64,000 nucleotides of DNA from Octopus vulgaris. Taxonomy: Eukaryota. This document shows positions 60,193 to 64,000 of the stretch, piece by piece; the first letter of the stretch is position 1, and the number at the start of each line of letters is the position of its first letter. The notes beneath the pieces were generated by a model that made no database searches, had not been told where the DNA came from, and saw only the letters and a list, made by a program, of their open reading frames with translations. Made by a program: the position numbers and the translations under genes. Location: positions 19,282,001 to 19,346,000 of the forward strand of contig OX597823.1 of NCBI GenBank assembly GCA_951406725.2. The letters are read 5' to 3'.

Positions 60193-61432
60193 TACAGTAG
60201 AACCTCGCAGTACGAGTGCACCATTGTATGAGTAATTTGCAGTACGAGCCGAGACTCGTGCGAATTTGTGTCTTGATGTACGAGCAGAAACCAAAAGTAC
60301 GAGCACACAAGTCGTCCCATTTTTAAGGTAATTCAGTTAATAAAACCAGTTTCTCTTTTACTCTTTTATCTTTTACTTGTTTCAGACATTTGACCGCGGC
60401 CATGCTGGAGCACCGCCTTTAGTCGAGCAAATCGACCCCAGGACTTGTTCTTTGTAAGCCTAGTACTTATTCTATCAGACTCTTTTGCCAAACCACTAAG
60501 TTACGGGGATGTAAACATACCAGCATCGGTTGTCAAGCGATGTTGGGGGGACAAACATAGACACACAAACATATACACACACATGCATATATACATATGC
60601 ATATATACGACGGGCTTCTTTCAGTTTCCGTCTACCAAATCCACTCACAAGGCTTTGGTCAGCTCGAGGCTATAGTAGAAGACACTTGCCTAAGGTGCCA
60701 TGCAGTGGGAATGAACCCAGAACCATGTGGTTGGTAAGCATGCTACTTACCACACAGCCACTCCTGCATGTTCATATATATACATATACATACACACACA
60801 CACACATATATATATATATATGACGGGCTTCTTTCAGTTTCCGTCTACCAAATCCACTCACAAGGCTTTGGTCAGCCTGAGGCTATAGTAGAAGACACTT
60901 GCTCAAGGTGCCATGCAGTAGGAATGAACCCAGAACCATGTGGTTGGTAAGCAAGCTACTTACCACACAGCCACTCCTGCATGTTCATATATATACATAT
61001 ACATACATACACACACACATATATATATATATATGACGGGCTTCTTTCAGTTTCCGTCTACCAAATCCACTCACAAGGCTTTGGTCAGCCTGAGGCTATA
61101 GTAGAAGACACTTGCCCAAGGTGCTATACAGTGGGACTGAACCCAGAACCATGTGGTTGGTAAGCAAGCTACTTACCACACAGCCACTCCTGTGCCTATG
61201 GTTTACATATTTCTTTTGCATTCTTTTCTTTAAAATTGTCATTTTACTTGTAACTACTCCTTTTTTGTTTTGAATACCATAAAATAATTTTTTTGAGTGG
61301 TTTCAGGGGGCTGGAATGGATTAATTATATTTTCGTTAATTTCAATGAGGAAAACTGATTTGTGAAATGAATAAATTACAAGACAAGCTCAGTCATGGAA
61401 CGAATTAAACTCATACTGGAGGTATCATTGTA
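60193..61432. mobile_element. Degenerate pogo/Tigger-like element split by the SINE A array
   Basis: TA|CAGTAGAACCTC ... GAGGTATCATTG|TA termini. Confidence 0.5.
60355..61196 (-). mobile_element. SINE family A with a triplicated head (about 213-bp period)
   Basis: Three tandem head-plus-microsatellite units followed by one tail. Confidence 0.88.
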
Positions 61433-61438
61433 TCTGTG

Positions 61439-61442
<4 letters not shown>

Positions 61443-61502
<60 letters not shown>
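61443..61502. repeat. (TG)n microsatellite
   Basis: Directly visible. Confidence 0.97.
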
Positions 61503-61504
<2 letters not shown>

Positions 61505-61716
61505 TTCATGTGTGTCTGTTTGAGTGGTTACTTTCAGTCTTTGCAAGAAAATAATGCTAAGCTACAAAGAGTGATTTTCATTGACCATTTCCTGTCAACA
61601 AATCATATAACAAATGTTTTAGCTTTGAAATATCAAAGATGTGTGGAATGAAGAGAAAAAAAATCTGCTAGCATGCAAAACTTAACATAAAACAAACAAA
61701 GAAGCACATCCAGCAA

Positions 61717-61936
61717 CCCTTTCGATACCAACCCGGCTAAAACCGGCTCTGGCTCTGAGTACAAATGTCTTGTTTTCATATGTTTTGAATTAAAATCTTC
61801 CACCAAACCTTAGTCACAATTCATGTTCCTAACTCTAGCTTAATGATGACTAAGTTATTTTACTAAATTCTTTGTTATATTTAAAGTAATCGAAAGAAAC
61901 ACAGAGCATCTCAAAATAAATACAGTAACAAAAGGG
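61717..61936. mobile_element. TTAA-type MITE, same family as 13688-13908
   Basis: High similarity over the full length. Confidence 0.88.
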
Positions 61937-62395
61937 TTAATAAAACATGTCAAAAACATGAATTTTGTTTCCTTTATACGAACCACTTAACTGTGAATCA
62001 GAGTATTAAAGTCAAACCTGAAGTCAGCAAAACTAACAGGAATATTACTGTATAGCTTGTTGACAAAACAAACAGATTAGCCATTAATAAGATTTATATT
62101 TAGAGTTATTGTATTATTTGATGTGACAATGTGACCAGCCATGCAATGTTATAATCCCACAGGTGTTCTGTCTTCAATACAGAGAAACTTTTAAATGACG
62201 GAGTTAATTACTGGGTTTTATTCTTTTATCATTTTACTTGTTTTAATTATTTGATGGCGACCAAACTGGGGCACCACCTTGAAGAGTATAAGCAATCAAA
62301 GTGATCCTAGTACTGTGAGGCAAAGGGAGAGAGAGAGAGAGAGAGACATTAGGGTCCTGCACAAAACATATGCGTTATTTAGTTAGGGCCCTTTA

Positions 62396-62788
62396 TACGA
62401 GATCAGCAAAGGCATCCTCCTCCTGCAGGACAACGCTCTGGTCCACAGATCAGAAGCACAGGCGTGCGGCTATGAACTCCTCCCCCATCCCCCCTACTCT
62501 CCTGACCTTGCACCCTCTGATTTTCACCTCTTCCCAGCCATGAAGTTGTTTTTTGAAAGGAAAGCGTTTCCCAGATGATGCAGCCTTGATTTCTGAAGTC
62601 ACGTCGTGGTTGGAGGACCAAGCTGGGGTCCTCTACAAAACGGTCTCCAGAGCTGCATCAAACGATGGGAGAAATGCGTAACTCAGGGTGGTTCCTATGT
62701 AGAAAAAGACTAATAACTGTGCCAAGTTTCGTTGCTCTACTGCTATGGGAAGTGGGTCAGGGGCATTACTTATTGAACTCCCCTTGTA
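62396..62788 (+). pseudogene. mariner transposase relic with 3' TIR
   Basis: GILLLQDNA, PHPPYSPDLAPSDFHLFP and KRWEKCV..GGSYVEK, with frameshifts. Confidence 0.9.
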
Positions 62789-62910
62789 CTTGGAGTTCAA
62801 ATACTGCCATGAAGTAAACTTTGCTTTTCATTCTTTTGAGGTAAATAAAATATAAATGTCAGTCATACAGTTGAGCTGATTAAATTTTCTTCTAACACAA
62901 CTTATTCAAC

Positions 62911-63059
62911 CAGGGCCGGCTCAAGGGACTAACAACTTGGGCAGTCGCCCATGGTGCCATGTGCCGAGGGGCACCAAGGCAGGCTTGACAAAGATAAGGA
63001 AATTTCCACGACCATCAGCTTGTACACGCCGAAGTTCAGCTTGCTTAGGGCTGGTCCTG
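62911..63059. mobile_element. hAT-type MITE, second family
   Basis: CAGGGCCGGC / GCTGGTCCTG termini; flanks TATTCAAC and TATACAAC (7/8 match). Confidence 0.7.
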
Positions 63060-64000
63060 TATACAACAAGAAAAACTAAGATTCTGAGGAGAAATGATTT
63101 CTTTCTTTCAGGTTGTATGATCATTTAATGGTTTCCTTGTTGTCTTGCAGTCTTCAATGTTCATATATGTAGCAGAAGCACTGTCCCGGATATATAAGTT
63201 GTACTCCAATAGGGACCGTACTTCAGTTTCATAGAATATTAGTAACTAATCAAGACTAAAATATTTTCTGGCCTTAATGCTGGAAGCTAGCCTTTGGGAC
63301 ACAGATTTGCCAATACTATACATGTACATGGGTGGGTCCAGCAAATTTTTTTTTTTAATCACTATCTTAATTTAAAAGAACTGTAGCAAAATCAATTTCT
63401 TTTATGGTATATTGTAGTCGACTTTTATAGGCTCCACACATTAATCTTTAATGATTGGTCATTTGACCCATCATGTGAGCTTGGAACATTTGGTTGAGTT
63501 CTGTACTTTGATTGGCCAAGTTTTGCACTGGATATGGATCTCAGATCCAATCATGTTGTGTGTAATACATTCGAAAATAACTAACCTGAACCATCACATG
63601 TATCTAATGACAGCCAAAGCTGAATTATCCAATTGATGGATGAACTATACAACCATCAGAATCAGTGATGTGTTTATTTGGTCCACTGTATAAATTAGCA
63701 GAGGAATAAAGTCTCACTGTTTTTTTTAAAGTTTGTTTCTTGTATCATTTCCATGAGTTAACACACAACACATGTTATATAATAGTATGCAAAATTCCAT
63801 AGTAAACCAAGAGAGATTTACAACTGCACAGCTAAAGAACCATGAAGAAATACTACTACTACTACTAATAATAATGCCCTGATGCAGTACCAGGCAGTGG
63901 CTCTTGTGGCTTCTGATCATAACTGATTGGAAGTGTTATGTACATTGTTTTGTCTTGTTATAAAAGATGGGCTACAGCAAATATTCTGCTCAATACCACA

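Noticed and set aside
44400-64000. A second host gene downstream of afadin
   Set aside because: No exon with a recognisable protein signal or consistent splice phase was found by eye; the ORFs there derive from repeats.

Overview
AT-rich, repeat-dense eukaryotic DNA. The SINE, RTE-LINE and microsatellite landscape is most consistent with a coleoid cephalopod, probably an octopus (inference). The + strand carries the 3' half of an afadin/AF-6/canoe gene. Ten GT-AG exons from 8294 to the stop at 43440 join in consistent phase and encode the PDZ domain, a long Pro/Gln-rich disordered region with an 11x GPPHQ repeat, a coiled coil and the conserved C-terminal F-actin-binding motifs. The main unexplained signal is in the 15.7-kb intron that splits the PDZ betaB-betaC loop. 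It holds two paralogous, frame-preserving 30-nt candidate microexons (ITIVDSHGRT and ITIVDSHGRV) made by an old tandem duplication. Each has an upstream AG-free TTAAC cluster, an alternative stop-containing acceptor, and a conserved downstream block with TGCATG. A third candidate exon lies between them, and a 264-nt symmetric cassette exon lies at 31004-31267. The rest is mobile DNA: two 5'-truncated RTE LINEs with a PHD-type finger inside the RT, many RTE 3' tails, modular tRNA-derived SINEs, Helitron, piggyBac-type and hAT-type MITEs, mariner relics, a solo LTR, Penelope-like fragments with hammerhead-like motifs, and several long intronic fold-backs. All calls were read by eye; repeat boundaries are approximate.
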